A stretch of DNA of 64,000 nucleotides, from positions 544,001 to 608,000 of the forward strand of contig JALSOH010000004.1 in NCBI GenBank assembly GCA_026986575.1. The letters are read 5' to 3'. The stretch's first letter is position 1; every line of letters starts with the position of its first letter. Made by a program: the position numbers and the translations under genes. This DNA is from Thermoproteota archaeon (GTDB taxonomy: Archaea; Korarchaeota; Korarchaeia; Korarchaeales; Korarchaeaceae). A model generated the notes under the pieces. It saw nothing but the letters and a program-made list of their open reading frames with translations, had not been told where the DNA came from and searched no databases. Below, one piece after another: positions 1 through 8,808 of the stretch.

Positions 1-2
1 TC

Positions 3-1082
3 AGAGCCAACCCCTTCGCCTACCTGAGCAGTGAGAGCTTGGAAGAAGTGAGGACTCTACATGTCGACACTGATGTGGACGAAAGACTAGCTCAACTGCT
101 TGATGAGGTCATAAAGGGTAAGAAGAAGCATCTTGTTTTTCTGGTCGGCGAATTTGGAACGGGTAAGACCCATAGGCTCAGGCTGATCAGCGAGATTCTC
201 CTTGATGTGCCGACCTTCTACGTGAAGATAGATGTGGACGACTATGAAGCGTCTCTCTACAGAATAGCTACTACCGTCAAGAAGATGCCTCCTCTGAAAC
301 CTCTTCGAAGGAAGTTTCCGAGGGATCCGGACTCTCTCCTCTCTATAATAAAGGAAGAGCTCAACAAGTACGATGTTGCAATACTCATGCTGGACGAGGT
401 GGAGAACATTGTGATCTCAGGGACCCGAAAAGATGCTGAACTATTCTCCGAGTTCATAAACCGACTGTACAAGGGAATGGAGCCAGGCCGAATGCTGATA
501 ATAGCCTGCATCCCCCCGGCCTACGATATAATGAAGAGGCTTCTTGGCAATATACCCCACGATAAGATCGAAATGAGGACCATCAGTCCCGAAGAGGCTA
601 GTAAAATACTGAAGAAGAGAATACAGCACTATAGGGACATATTAAACGAAGAAGCTAAGGGTCTCAACTTAGGTGAGCCTTTTACGGAAGATCTGGTCAG
701 GAAGATGAATGAGCTAGCTGGAGGAAATCCGAGGAGGTTGATGAAACTGGCTAGAAATCTACTAGCCATGCTAACTAGGGAACTCAAGGAAAGCGGGAAA
801 CTCAGCCAGGACAAGATACTCAACCTGATTTCCGAAGCCAGCGAGGAAAAGGAGACTCCTAGAGAGAAGGAAGAAGAGGAAGAGGAGGTGATTCCCGAGG
901 ATATAAGGCCAGAGATAGCTATACTGCGTAAGAAGTTCCCACCAGGAACTACTTTCTCGCTCATAGAGGCTTCTAAGGCCTTGGAGATGAAGCTGACTCA
1001 GACGAGAGAGCTACTGCAAGAGCTCATGGAGGAGGGGCTTATAGAAAAGGCTCCTGGAGGGAGGTTCCTTCTCAGGAGCTAG
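3..1082 (+). CDS. AAA+ ATPase with C-terminal winged helix (ExeA/Cdc6-like), 5'-truncated by the window edge
   Basis: Walker A GEFGTGKT, Walker B ILMLDEVE, GGNPRR sensor-like motif, C-terminal wHTH. The frame stays open upstream of 39 (RANPFAY...). Confidence 0.7.
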   Translation, partial: RANPFAYLSSESLEEVRTLHVDTDVDERLAQLLDEVIKGKKKHLVFLVGEFGTGKTHRLRLISEILLDVPTFYVKIDVDDYEASLYRIATTVKKMPPLKPLRRKFPRDPDSLLSIIKEELNKYDVAILMLDEVENIVISGTRKDAELFSEFINRLYKGMEPGRMLIIACIPPAYDIMKRLLGNIPHDKIEMRTISPEEASKILKKRIQHYRDILNEEAKGLNLGEPFTEDLVRKMNELAGGNPRRLMKLARNLLAMLTRELKESGKLSQDKILNLISEASEEKETPREKEEEEEEVIPEDIRPEIAILRKKFPPGTTFSLIEASKALEMKLTQTRELLQELMEEGLIEKAPGGRFLLRS

Positions 1083-1467
1083 TTTCTCCATATGCTTCAG
1101 TATCGAGCTCCTCTAAAACCCTCTCGAGTGATTCTCTCCATAGCTGCAGGATGTCCTTAGTTTCCATCTCCTTGAACGGTTCCTCCCCAAGGAACCTGTC
1201 GATCGAATGGACGATCATGAGTAACTCGTCCTTGTCCATCCTGATGCTTTTCCCCAACAGGCTCCTCTCTTCGAAGTTGCCCTCTCTTAAGCTCTTCACT
1301 ACCACCTGTAGATGCTCACGTAGGGCCGAGCCCTCGTCATAGCTCGAGAGCGCGCTAGAGATCCTCTTCAAGAGATCATCCTCGACTGAGCCTTTTTTCC
1401 TGTACTCCAGAAGCGCCTTTGACAGTAGTTCCGGCAATCCATCCAATACAGAGCTGTCCATACCCAC
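1072..1467 (-). CDS. hypothetical helical protein
   Basis: 131-aa ORF with host-like composition, no motif recognised. Confidence 0.5.
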   Translation of the reverse strand: MGMDSSVLDGLPELLSKALLEYRKKGSVEDDLLKRISSALSSYDEGSALREHLQVVVKSLREGNFEERSLLGKSIRMDKDELLMIVHSIDRFLGEEPFKEMETKDILQLWRESLERVLEELDTEAYGETSS

Positions 1468-1520
1468 ACCTCCTAGAGGGAGGAGGAGGCATTAATAATA
1501 TCATCCTCCTCACGTATAAG

Positions 1521-1585
1521 CTGGGGGGATGATGTAAAAGGACCCTCTGATTCGTGAAGACGATCTTGAGTCCTGACCCCCCCAG
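1521..1585 (+). ncRNA. C/D-box 2'-O-methylation guide sRNA
   Basis: Terminal stem CTGGGGGG/CCCCCCAG, C box ATGATGT (1529), D' CTGA (1547), C' GTGAAGA (1554), D CTGA (1573), 11-12 nt guides, AT-rich TATA-like element at ~1492-1500. Confidence 0.85.
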
Positions 1586-1668
1586 AGAAATCCTCTATCG
1601 TTCTTAAACGTCACCCCGTCTGTGGGAGGGATGAAAAACTTTATTTAAGGGACCTCCTACACCACAAG

Positions 1669-1744
1669 GGGCCGGTGGTCTAGCGGCTATGACGCCGCCT
1701 TGACGAGGCGGAGGTCGGGGGTTCGAGTCCCCCCCGGCCCACCA
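1669..1744 (+). tRNA. tRNA-Val(GAC)
   Basis: Acceptor GGGCCGG/CCGGCCC, anticodon arm CCGCC-TT GAC GA-GGCGG, GTTCGAG T-loop, encoded CCA, upstream BRE/TATA (aaaaactttattta). Confidence 0.97.
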
Positions 1745-1766
1745 ATGAGAAAAGAGGGACAAGAAT

Positions 1767-2048
1767 ATGGCCAGGTACTCGGTTTCTAGGCTCGCTGGTA
1801 AACCCATAATAACGGACAAGGGGCTCATGCTCGGAGAGGTTACTGATTTAGTTGTTGACGAGATAACTGGTAAGATGATCTCCCTAGTGGTGAGGAGTAG
1901 CAGAGGAGCTGCTGATGCTTTGCTGCAGAAGTTGAAAAAGGACAGGAAGGGTAACGTCCTAATTCCATACTCCACAGTTAAGTACATAAGGGAAATGATC
2001 GTTGTGGATGAGCGCCTCCTGAAGGTATACATAGCCACTAAAGGTTAG
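1767..2048 (+). CDS. PRC-barrel domain protein
   Basis: L.GK.IITDKG..LGEV.DLVVD..TGK and IPYS.V..I.E.IVV pattern. Confidence 0.85.
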   Translation: MARYSVSRLAGKPIITDKGLMLGEVTDLVVDEITGKMISLVVRSSRGAADALLQKLKKDRKGNVLIPYSTVKYIREMIVVDERLLKVYIATKG

Positions 2049-2314
2049 TCAAAGGCAGCTTCTACTGTAAAGGACCTTAACTCTTCCGTTAAGAGGATAA
2101 GTATCGTCTTAACCCTCAGGACGTTGGGAACATCTTTCTCGCTACAATAGAACGGTGCACTCTCCTTACCCATTAGATTCAGCATCTCCTTTGCCCTCTC
2201 AATCAGGTCCTCTACTTCCAAGGGGCTAGGATCTGGAAGCGATCTCCTAGCGAACCTCCTTATCTCCACATTCTTCTCTAGTATTAGGGTGAGCGACACC
2301 ATTCCCTCCCCCAC
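2045..2314 (-). CDS. hypothetical protein
   Basis: 89-aa ORF convergent with the PRC-barrel gene. Confidence 0.45.
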   Translation of the reverse strand: MGEGMVSLTLILEKNVEIRRFARRSLPDPSPLEVEDLIERAKEMLNLMGKESAPFYCSEKDVPNVLRVKTILILLTEELRSFTVEAAFD

Positions 2315-2369
2315 AAGGTGAGGGAAGATGTTTTATTACGGAGGGGCGCGGCAATGAAGAGGTGAAAGT

Positions 2370-2708
2370 TTGATGGGGATAGAGGCCACTCTAGAGGCCT
2401 TGGAAAGAGATCCCGTGTTTGACATAGAGGTGGCTAAGTTCAAATCCAAGGACGGATCTATTGTCTTCTCACTGGAGCTACCTAAAGATCTAATAAACTT
2501 GAAAAAAGGATCTAAGGTTCTGATAGATCTGGGTGAGGAGGCTGATGGAGATCTGGTCATGAAGGGGATAGTTTACAAGGTAGATGAAGGAGAAAAGAAG
2601 ATCGAAGTGTCTTTTCACGGTCTCTGGATGAGGGTGTCTTATAGGAGGAATCCGTTCGACTTGGAGGAGGGAAAGGAGGTATACCTGGTGATGAAACTCC
2701 TCAAGTAA
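2370..2708 (+). CDS. rpo8: RNA polymerase subunit Rpo8 (RpoG, RPB8 orthologue)
   Basis: OB-fold pattern LVMKGIVYKV...VSFHGLWMRV resembles RPB8 YVMYG.VY...SFGGLLMRL. Confidence 0.75.
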   Translation: MMGIEATLEALERDPVFDIEVAKFKSKDGSIVFSLELPKDLINLKKGSKVLIDLGEEADGDLVMKGIVYKVDEGEKKIEVSFHGLWMRVSYRRNPFDLEEGKEVYLVMKLLK

Positions 2709-2793
2709 ATAAGGTTTCTTCAAATTTATGAAAATTTTATTTGATTTATACGCAAGAAATGATTATATCTATGAGAAATTAATGCTATAATGT

Positions 2794-3525
2794 ATGAGGA
2801 GATGTCCGTTATGCGGATCTCCCCTCTATGATGAGGGAGGATTGCTAGTCTGTAGGAATTGTGGATTCATAGCCGACGAAGATCTAGTGCCCAGCATGTT
2901 TGACCGCAATGATTCTCCGATGACGATTAGAAGCAGATCATTGGAGCACATAGGAAGGGAACTGGATCTCTCAGAGGAGGTCATTAAGCTAGCTGAAGAA
3001 CTCGTAAGGGCATATAACTCCTTACATGGCAGGATCCACACACCTTCGATACTCTTAGCGGCCTTAATAGTGGCTAGCAGGCTGCAAGGATCACCTATAC
3101 CCATAAAAGAGGCGATAAGACGTCTCTCTATTGGAGTATCGCCTTCGAGAGTGGCTTTCTACGTGGGAAAGATCGAGGAGCTGATACCTAGGAAGGGGAT
3201 CCCTTGGGAGGGTTACATCAACTATCTGATAGCTAAGATGTCCAGAGATGAAGAATTCATGAGGAGACTGGGAAGAGCTTCAGGTAAAGTGGATCCAAGA
3301 CTCCTCTTGGAGAGGCTCAGAATGAGAGCGCTGAAGGAAATGAAGGAACTGAGAAACAGAAAGAGATCCATCTTGGTAGGGAGGAACCCCGTGTATGTCG
3401 CTGCCGCAGTTGTGTATATGGCCGGAAGGAAGATAGGGATGAGATATCTTTCACAAGGAATGATCGCTGATCTGCTAGGAGCCAACAGATCGACAATCTC
3501 CAAGGTCTTAGGCTTGGTGAAATAA
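2794..3525 (+). CDS. Transcription factor B (TFB/TFIIB) paralog, short
   Basis: N-terminal Zn ribbon CPLC..CRNC, cyclin repeats (GRNP..VAAA.VY.A), C-terminal HTH SQ..IA.LLG.NRSTI. Confidence 0.8.
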   Translation: MRRCPLCGSPLYDEGGLLVCRNCGFIADEDLVPSMFDRNDSPMTIRSRSLEHIGRELDLSEEVIKLAEELVRAYNSLHGRIHTPSILLAALIVASRLQGSPIPIKEAIRRLSIGVSPSRVAFYVGKIEELIPRKGIPWEGYINYLIAKMSRDEEFMRRLGRASGKVDPRLLLERLRMRALKEMKELRNRKRSILVGRNPVYVAAAVVYMAGRKIGMRYLSQGMIADLLGANRSTISKVLGLVK

Positions 3526-3526
3526 A

Positions 3527-3667
3527 ATGGAGGAGAAACTGGAACTCGAGTCCATAGAGCATCAGATAGAATACTTGTTCTTCAAGTTAGATGACATAAT
3601 CTCTAGGATACGTGAAATTGAATCTAGGCTAGAACAGCTGGAGAGGAAGGTCCTCCATGAGGGCTGA
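3527..3667 (+). CDS. small coiled-coil protein (46 aa, absent from the ORF track)
   Basis: MEEKLELESIEHQIEYLFFKLDDIISRIREIESRLEQLERKVLHEG; starts 1 nt after the TFB stop and overlaps the next start. Confidence 0.65.
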   Translation: MEEKLELESIEHQIEYLFFKLDDIISRIREIESRLEQLERKVLHEG

Positions 3668-5363
3668 TAGAGGAGATATGCTTGTCATAATGACTCTAAT
3701 CCTGTTAGCGGGCTTTTGGGTGTACAAAAAAGGACAGCTTCTATCTCCTCTGGACTTGCTATCTGTCGCCAGATATTTAATCCCTCTGACGTTGGTCCTC
3801 TCTCTCATAATCGTCGCTCTCAAGCTCAGGAGAGGTAAGAAAGGAAACCTATCCATCAACGCCGCTCTCGTGAGCACAGACAGAGGGACATTCCTAGCAG
3901 CACCTCTGAGGATCGAGGTCAAGGGAAGCGAGTCCCAGCTAGATTTCAATTCACTAAGCAGTATGCTCGATGATTTGGGCGTGGGAATAACAGTTATCAT
4001 CAACAGGTGGCCTGGGAGGACTTTCCTTTCGTGGAAACAGGAGGGCAGCTTGTTCCTAAGTGGGCTGATATGGAGGAAGCTGGATAACTTGGAGGAGACG
4101 CAAAGCATGATAAAAGCGGCGATATCTGCCTTGAACAGTTCTATGGATGGAATAAAGGTAGAGGTCGATCAGAGAACTAGGTTGGATCCTGAGCTATTCT
4201 CCGAGATAATGCGTACGGGTTATGAGGGTGAGGAACTATCTATCAGGGTGGAGAGGGAGGAGAGGAGCGACATCTCCGTAATTGAGCTGGGAGAGAGTAT
4301 GGGCAGGACATTCGGTATATCCCTCAAAGACCTCACTAGACATGTCCTCATAGTCGGCCAAACTGGTTCTGGTAAGACCACTACCGCTAAAAGAATTGTT
4401 TATGAAGCTTGGAACCTCGGTATACCCTCACTGATTCTCGATATCCACTGGGAATACAAGGGGTTTGTGTTCCAGCTAGGAGGCAGGATCTTCTCGACCA
4501 AGGAGGGAATGCCCCTCGCATGCATAAATCCACTATCGGACATACATGAGGTAGGAGCAACGTTCTTGATATCAGAAACCCTCTCTTCCATAATGGATCT
4601 GTCTCCTTCTCAGTTTTACCTTTTGAATCAGGCGCTCAAGAGGCTGAGAGATCTATCTATGGGCGGCGCGGTACCTAACCTCAAAGACCTCGTCGAGATG
4701 GTGCGGACCTTAGAACCGGCATCTCACGCCGAAGAAGAGAGTAAAGCATCACTTCTGAGGAAAATGGAGCCGATAGTTAGCTCGTTTGGTGCAAGGATCT
4801 TTGACTGCGATAACCTCAACGAGAGAGTATTGGGGGAGACTATATCCCTCATGGAGATGGGAGATGTGGAGAGCGATATCTTGAAACAGATAGCCACCTT
4901 TTTCATCCTGAAGAGGTTAAAGGACCTGTTCACTAAGGAAGAGAGGAAATCTACCTATCCCAAATTGATCGTGGTAATTGAGGAGGCTGAGAAGCTCCTC
5001 CCCAGCTACAAGGATGTCACAGGCATGGATATTGTAGACAGGTTGTTCTCAGAGCTCAGGAAGTTCGGCGTGTCCTTGGTGCTGGTATCCCAGAATATCT
5101 CCGAGATACCCGAAGGGGTCGTGAGGAACGCTGGCACTAAGATATTTCACAGGATAGACTCACCATCCGATGTGAAGGGGATCAGATCCTTGATAAGCGA
5201 CAGGGAAATTGCTGATAGGATAACTAGGCTGTCTACTGGGGAGTGCATCGTCTCAACTCCAAAGTACATTAAGACGGTGAAGATCTCACCGCCAGAGGAG
5301 GAGGCACTCGATCCTAGGTCCATAGAAGGGGTAGTATCGAGGGAGAGTTTCTACTTCCCTTGA
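3657..5363 (+). CDS. membrane-anchored HerA/VirB4/FtsK-family ATPase (DUF87)
   Basis: Two N-terminal TM segments, HVLIVGQTGSGKTT, LILDIHWEY, IVVIEEAE, LRKFGVSLVLVSQ. Confidence 0.85.
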   Translation: MRADRGDMLVIMTLILLAGFWVYKKGQLLSPLDLLSVARYLIPLTLVLSLIIVALKLRRGKKGNLSINAALVSTDRGTFLAAPLRIEVKGSESQLDFNSLSSMLDDLGVGITVIINRWPGRTFLSWKQEGSLFLSGLIWRKLDNLEETQSMIKAAISALNSSMDGIKVEVDQRTRLDPELFSEIMRTGYEGEELSIRVEREERSDISVIELGESMGRTFGISLKDLTRHVLIVGQTGSGKTTTAKRIVYEAWNLGIPSLILDIHWEYKGFVFQLGGRIFSTKEGMPLACINPLSDIHEVGATFLISETLSSIMDLSPSQFYLLNQALKRLRDLSMGGAVPNLKDLVEMVRTLEPASHAEEESKASLLRKMEPIVSSFGARIFDCDNLNERVLGETISLMEMGDVESDILKQIATFFILKRLKDLFTKEERKSTYPKLIVVIEEAEKLLPSYKDVTGMDIVDRLFSELRKFGVSLVLVSQNISEIPEGVVRNAGTKIFHRIDSPSDVKGIRSLISDREIADRITRLSTGECIVSTPKYIKTVKISPPEEEALDPRSIEGVVSRESFYFP

Positions 5364-5968
5364 CCCTCGCGGGCGAAGCTTTCCAGCAGAGACATGAAGT
5401 CGTTAGTCCAATTGAATCGTCTACCCACACTTTTACCCTCTAGCTTCATTAGGATGTTCTCAATCTCATTGTCGAGATCGCTTCTACAACCATCAACTTG
5501 TATTATCCTATCCCACTCAGCGATCTCCAGTGCGTCCTGCAAAGGGCCATCTATAGCCTCGTACTCTAAATTCTCTCTGATCTTAAGGGAACTGTATCTC
5601 CTCGACTTCAGCCTCTCCAAAAGGACGGAGGGTTTGCACCTGACGACCACAACTAAAATCACATTCTCCTGAGGAATAGCATAAGGAGAGATGGTCTCGA
5701 TGACTAAGCATTTCTCTACCCTTAGAATCCTAGAAATTTCTTCTCGGATATTGTCCTCATCTAGGATCAGAGTATCTCTCTCCTCATCTCTTCCTAGGGT
5801 GTATCCCCTATCCTTGGCTATGTCGCCCACATTTATGTGGCGACATCCCAACACTTCGGCTAATCTCCGGCACAGGGTACTCTTGCCGGAAGCAGGAGCT
5901 CCTATAACTACTATTAGGCCCGATGGTCCGGAGCGAGGGCCAGAAACATTTATATTTCCCATATACAT
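5351..5968 (-). CDS. adenylate kinase, AK6/Fap7 family (start uncertain)
   Basis: GAPASGKST, RL..R.Y...KI.EN.E.E motif. Confidence 0.85.
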   Translation of the reverse strand: MYMGNINVSGPRSGPSGLIVVIGAPASGKSTLCRRLAEVLGCRHINVGDIAKDRGYTLGRDEERDTLILDEDNIREEISRILRVEKCLVIETISPYAIPQENVILVVVVRCKPSVLLERLKSRRYSSLKIRENLEYEAIDGPLQDALEIAEWDRIIQVDGCRSDLDNEIENILMKLEGKSVGRRFNWTNDFMSLLESFAREGQGK

Positions 5969-5981
5969 CCCTTGGCCATGG

Positions 5982-6059
5982 GCTCCGGTGGTGTAGCCCG
6001 GTCAAGCATAGGGGCCTCTCGAGCCCCAGACCCGGGTTCAAATCCCGGCCGGAGCACCA
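5982..6059 (+). tRNA. tRNA-Glu(CTC)
   Basis: GCTCCGG/CCGGAGC acceptor, GGGGC-CT CTC GA-GCCCC anticodon arm, encoded CCA. Confidence 0.97.
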
Positions 6060-6078
6060 TTCTTCCTATTTCGTTGGT

Positions 6079-6468
6079 TCAGTAAGGGAGTTCTCCAAAC
6101 ATGGAAGTTATCGGATGGAACTCCGCGATACCTACTAGGATGGACCATATTACGTAAGCTGTGAGGGCCGCCACAATCAGACGTACAGGCTGCTTATTGT
6201 AGGCAGGTATCAGCAGGAAAAGCGCTTGGATCATTACCAACACCAAGTAGAAGTTCCCCATTATGACATCGTAAGGTTGCATCCAAACTATCATTACCCA
6301 CACTCCTAACTCCGCTATGAAGAGCGCGACTGGAAAAGTGAACACTGCGAAGAGAACGCCGTATACTGCCTCCACTAATGTCTTCTTTAAGGCGGGAGGT
6401 AGTCCCCTCCTCCTTCTCCTAGAGATAGCTGTTCTACCCCTTCTCCAACTTCTAGAAGATCTTAACAT
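6079..6468 (-). CDS. membrane protein with Arg-rich N-terminus
   Basis: About 3 hydrophobic segments; directly downstream of pyrH. Confidence 0.6.
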   Translation of the reverse strand: MLRSSRSWRRGRTAISRRRRRGLPPALKKTLVEAVYGVLFAVFTFPVALFIAELGVWVMIVWMQPYDVIMGNFYLVLVMIQALFLLIPAYNKQPVRLIVAALTAYVIWSILVGIAEFHPITSMFGELPY

Positions 6469-6472
6469 GAGA

Positions 6473-7162
6473 TCACCTCGGTTTGACTAGGCTCCCCGTC
6501 CTCTTACCACTCACCAGGTCAAGTAGAGCCTCAGGTTCATCCCCACTTAAAATTATCGTTGAAATAGACGATCTCTTCAGTATCTTGATTGACAATGCGT
6601 CGAGAAGCTCGTACCTACCTGGATGATACAGTTTATCCCTCAAAATACGCTCCAAATCGTCATAGGATAACTCCTCTATCTTTCTGGCGTCTGGATAATG
6701 GTTGGGATCCTTATCATAAACTCCATCCACTCCCGTCATCTTCACTAGGAGGTTCAAGCCAAGCCTCTCGGCCATTAGCGCTGCAACAGCGTCCGTGGAC
6801 TGCCCGGGCTGCATACCTCCAGATACAGGTATCTTGCCCGATTGGAATGCGAGAACAGCTTCATCGTAATCCCCGATCACTCTGGGGAAGGCACTCTCTC
6901 CCAGTGCCGCTATCATGACTAGGGCATGTAGCCTCGTGGCGAGTATCCCAGCCTGATCCTGCAGGAACTTACTCCCACCTAACGATCCGACGGCCTCTAT
7001 GTACCTTCTAGCGGTATCGCTTCCGCCCGTGACTACAGCCAATTTTCTGTCCTTGGAGAGGTCCCTAACAATTTTAGCCGTTCTCTCTAGCAGGGTGAAG
7101 TCCCCGTAAGTGATGCCCCTGAACACGTACCCTCCTAGAAGTAAGACGAATCCTTCAGTCAT
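6473..7162 (-). CDS. pyrH: uridylate kinase
   Basis: VVTGG...AR.YI, GG.QPGQSTDAVAA, VDGVYDKDP. Confidence 0.93.
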   Translation of the reverse strand: MTEGFVLLLGGYVFRGITYGDFTLLERTAKIVRDLSKDRKLAVVTGGSDTARRYIEAVGSLGGSKFLQDQAGILATRLHALVMIAALGESAFPRVIGDYDEAVLAFQSGKIPVSGGMQPGQSTDAVAALMAERLGLNLLVKMTGVDGVYDKDPNHYPDARKIEELSYDDLERILRDKLYHPGRYELLDALSIKILKRSSISTIILSGDEPEALLDLVSGKRTGSLVKPR

Positions 7163-7171
7163 TAGATCACC

Positions 7172-8176
7172 TTAGTAGAATCTTATTGCCCTCTCCAGCC
7201 TCGATAGGAGCACTATCCTACTCTCAGGAGACTCATCTATGATATTATAACCCGTCAGCTCCGCTATTTTAGATGCGAAAGCCCTAACCTCCTCATGGGT
7301 TGGCATGCTCTCCCTCCCTAGCCTCCTTCTAGAGTAGCCTACCCACATGTAGGCCTTGGGCTCCACGTATGTGGGCTGAGATTCCTTTATCATCCGAGAG
7401 AATTCTTCTATCACCTTATTATCCATGTTAAATCCCTTTATCAATGGTATCCTCATGACAGTTGGGGAGGAGAAGGACTGGAGCATCTCTAGGGTCTTCT
7501 GAAGCCTAGACCATGCATCAGGCCACAATGGGCGGGTTATTTCCATGTAGAGCCTCTCATTTGGGGCGGGGACCGTGACATACAGTTGAGTAGGCTCTCT
7601 TTCCAAGTTCTCCAGCCTCTCCGGGAGGGTACCATTAGTGACGATGAAGGTGGTCATCCCCCTCTTCGCGTAAGCTTCCACGAGTCCACCTATGTGCGGG
7701 TAAAGTGTGGGCTCTCCCGTCAGGGAGATAGCTGCATGCTTTGGCTCCTCTGCCTCGTACACCCATTCCTTCCTAAACACCTTCACTCCCTTGTAGCCCT
7801 GTACTATCATCTTCTGCAATCTGATACTCTCTTCAGCTATTTCTTCTGGATCGTCCCACTTTGCCCCCTCCTCAGGCACCTCCTTCCACCTGAACTCGGC
7901 CGGTACATCGCTCACATTCAACCTCCAGCAGTAGAGGCACTGTAAGTTGCAGAAGGACGCGGTGGGGGTCATCTGAAGGCATCTCCATGAGGGAATGCCG
8001 TAGAACTTGTGCTTGTAGCAGGTTCTTCCCTCCATTAGGGCCTTTCTAAACCAGTAGCATGGTTTCATGGCTGAATGATTTAGAATAATTTTGTACCCCT
8101 GCTTCTCCATGAGTTTCCTCACGCGATCGGGTATCCTCACGAGACCGGTGGATAACATCTTTATCCATGCTGACAC
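7172..8176 (-). CDS. taw1: 4-demethylwyosine synthase Taw1/TYW1 (radical SAM)
   Basis: HSA.K.C.W, CYK.KFYGI.S.RC.QMTP, CNLQCLYCWR, AISLTGEPTLY. Confidence 0.95.
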   Translation of the reverse strand: MSAWIKMLSTGLVRIPDRVRKLMEKQGYKIILNHSAMKPCYWFRKALMEGRTCYKHKFYGIPSWRCLQMTPTASFCNLQCLYCWRLNVSDVPAEFRWKEVPEEGAKWDDPEEIAEESIRLQKMIVQGYKGVKVFRKEWVYEAEEPKHAAISLTGEPTLYPHIGGLVEAYAKRGMTTFIVTNGTLPERLENLEREPTQLYVTVPAPNERLYMEITRPLWPDAWSRLQKTLEMLQSFSSPTVMRIPLIKGFNMDNKVIEEFSRMIKESQPTYVEPKAYMWVGYSRRRLGRESMPTHEEVRAFASKIAELTGYNIIDESPESRIVLLSRLERAIRFY

Positions 8177-8193
8177 CGAGTTCCCGATAAATA

Positions 8194-8808
8194 ATGATTC
8201 GCCCGAATAAGTTGACCGAACAGCTGAGGAAATCTCGACTCGAACTGGAGAGACTGAATATCCTCAGAGAGAAGGCCATATCTCTCTCTAGAGGCTGGCT
8301 CACCAGGTGCAGGGAGCTTATATCGAGGGCGAGGGGCATGGAGGATCTAGACCAAGTCGAGAGGGAACTGACGGGCATCCTAAAAGAGATAAAAGAATTT
8401 CTCACGGAGTGCAAGGAGGAGCTGGGATACTTAGATCCCACTCTGAGGAACATCGTCTCCGATCCAATGCAAGAGGCGGTCGAGGGGATAGTTCTGGCGA
8501 GGTTACTTGCTGGAAAAGAAGTTCCGTCCCATGAGGATCTGGGAGTTGGCCCCAGAGAGTACGTGCTGGGCATTGGTGATTCGGTGGGGGAGCTCAGGAG
8601 GGTAGCCCTACATTTACTCTCGAAGGGGAGGGTCGCCGAGGCTGAACACCTCGCCGAGATGATGGAGGAGCTATATGAGGGACTGAACCTCATGGTACTT
8701 CCTGACTCACTAGTCCCAGTCAGGAGGAAGGCGGATGTGGCCAGATCCTTGGTCGAGAAGACCTTCTCTGAGATCCTCATGCTCAAGTCAACGGGTGGTG
8801 GAGGATGA
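8194..8808 (+). CDS. translin/TRAX (C3PO) family protein
   Basis: RE.AI.LSR, QE.VE, YVLGIGD.VGELRR, RRK.D.AR. Confidence 0.85.
   Translation: MIRPNKLTEQLRKSRLELERLNILREKAISLSRGWLTRCRELISRARGMEDLDQVERELTGILKEIKEFLTECKEELGYLDPTLRNIVSDPMQEAVEGIVLARLLAGKEVPSHEDLGVGPREYVLGIGDSVGELRRVALHLLSKGRVAEAEHLAEMMEELYEGLNLMVLPDSLVPVRRKADVARSLVEKTFSEILMLKSTGGGG

Noticed and set aside
1604-2038. 144-aa minus-strand ORF and similar ORFs over the tRNAs (5808-6138, 9345-9626)
   Set aside because: Antisense shadows of tRNA or protein genes
8046-8786. Numerous Ser/Pro-rich antisense ORFs throughout the track (e.g. this one and 30345-31124)
   Set aside because: Reverse-frame shadows of well-supported genes
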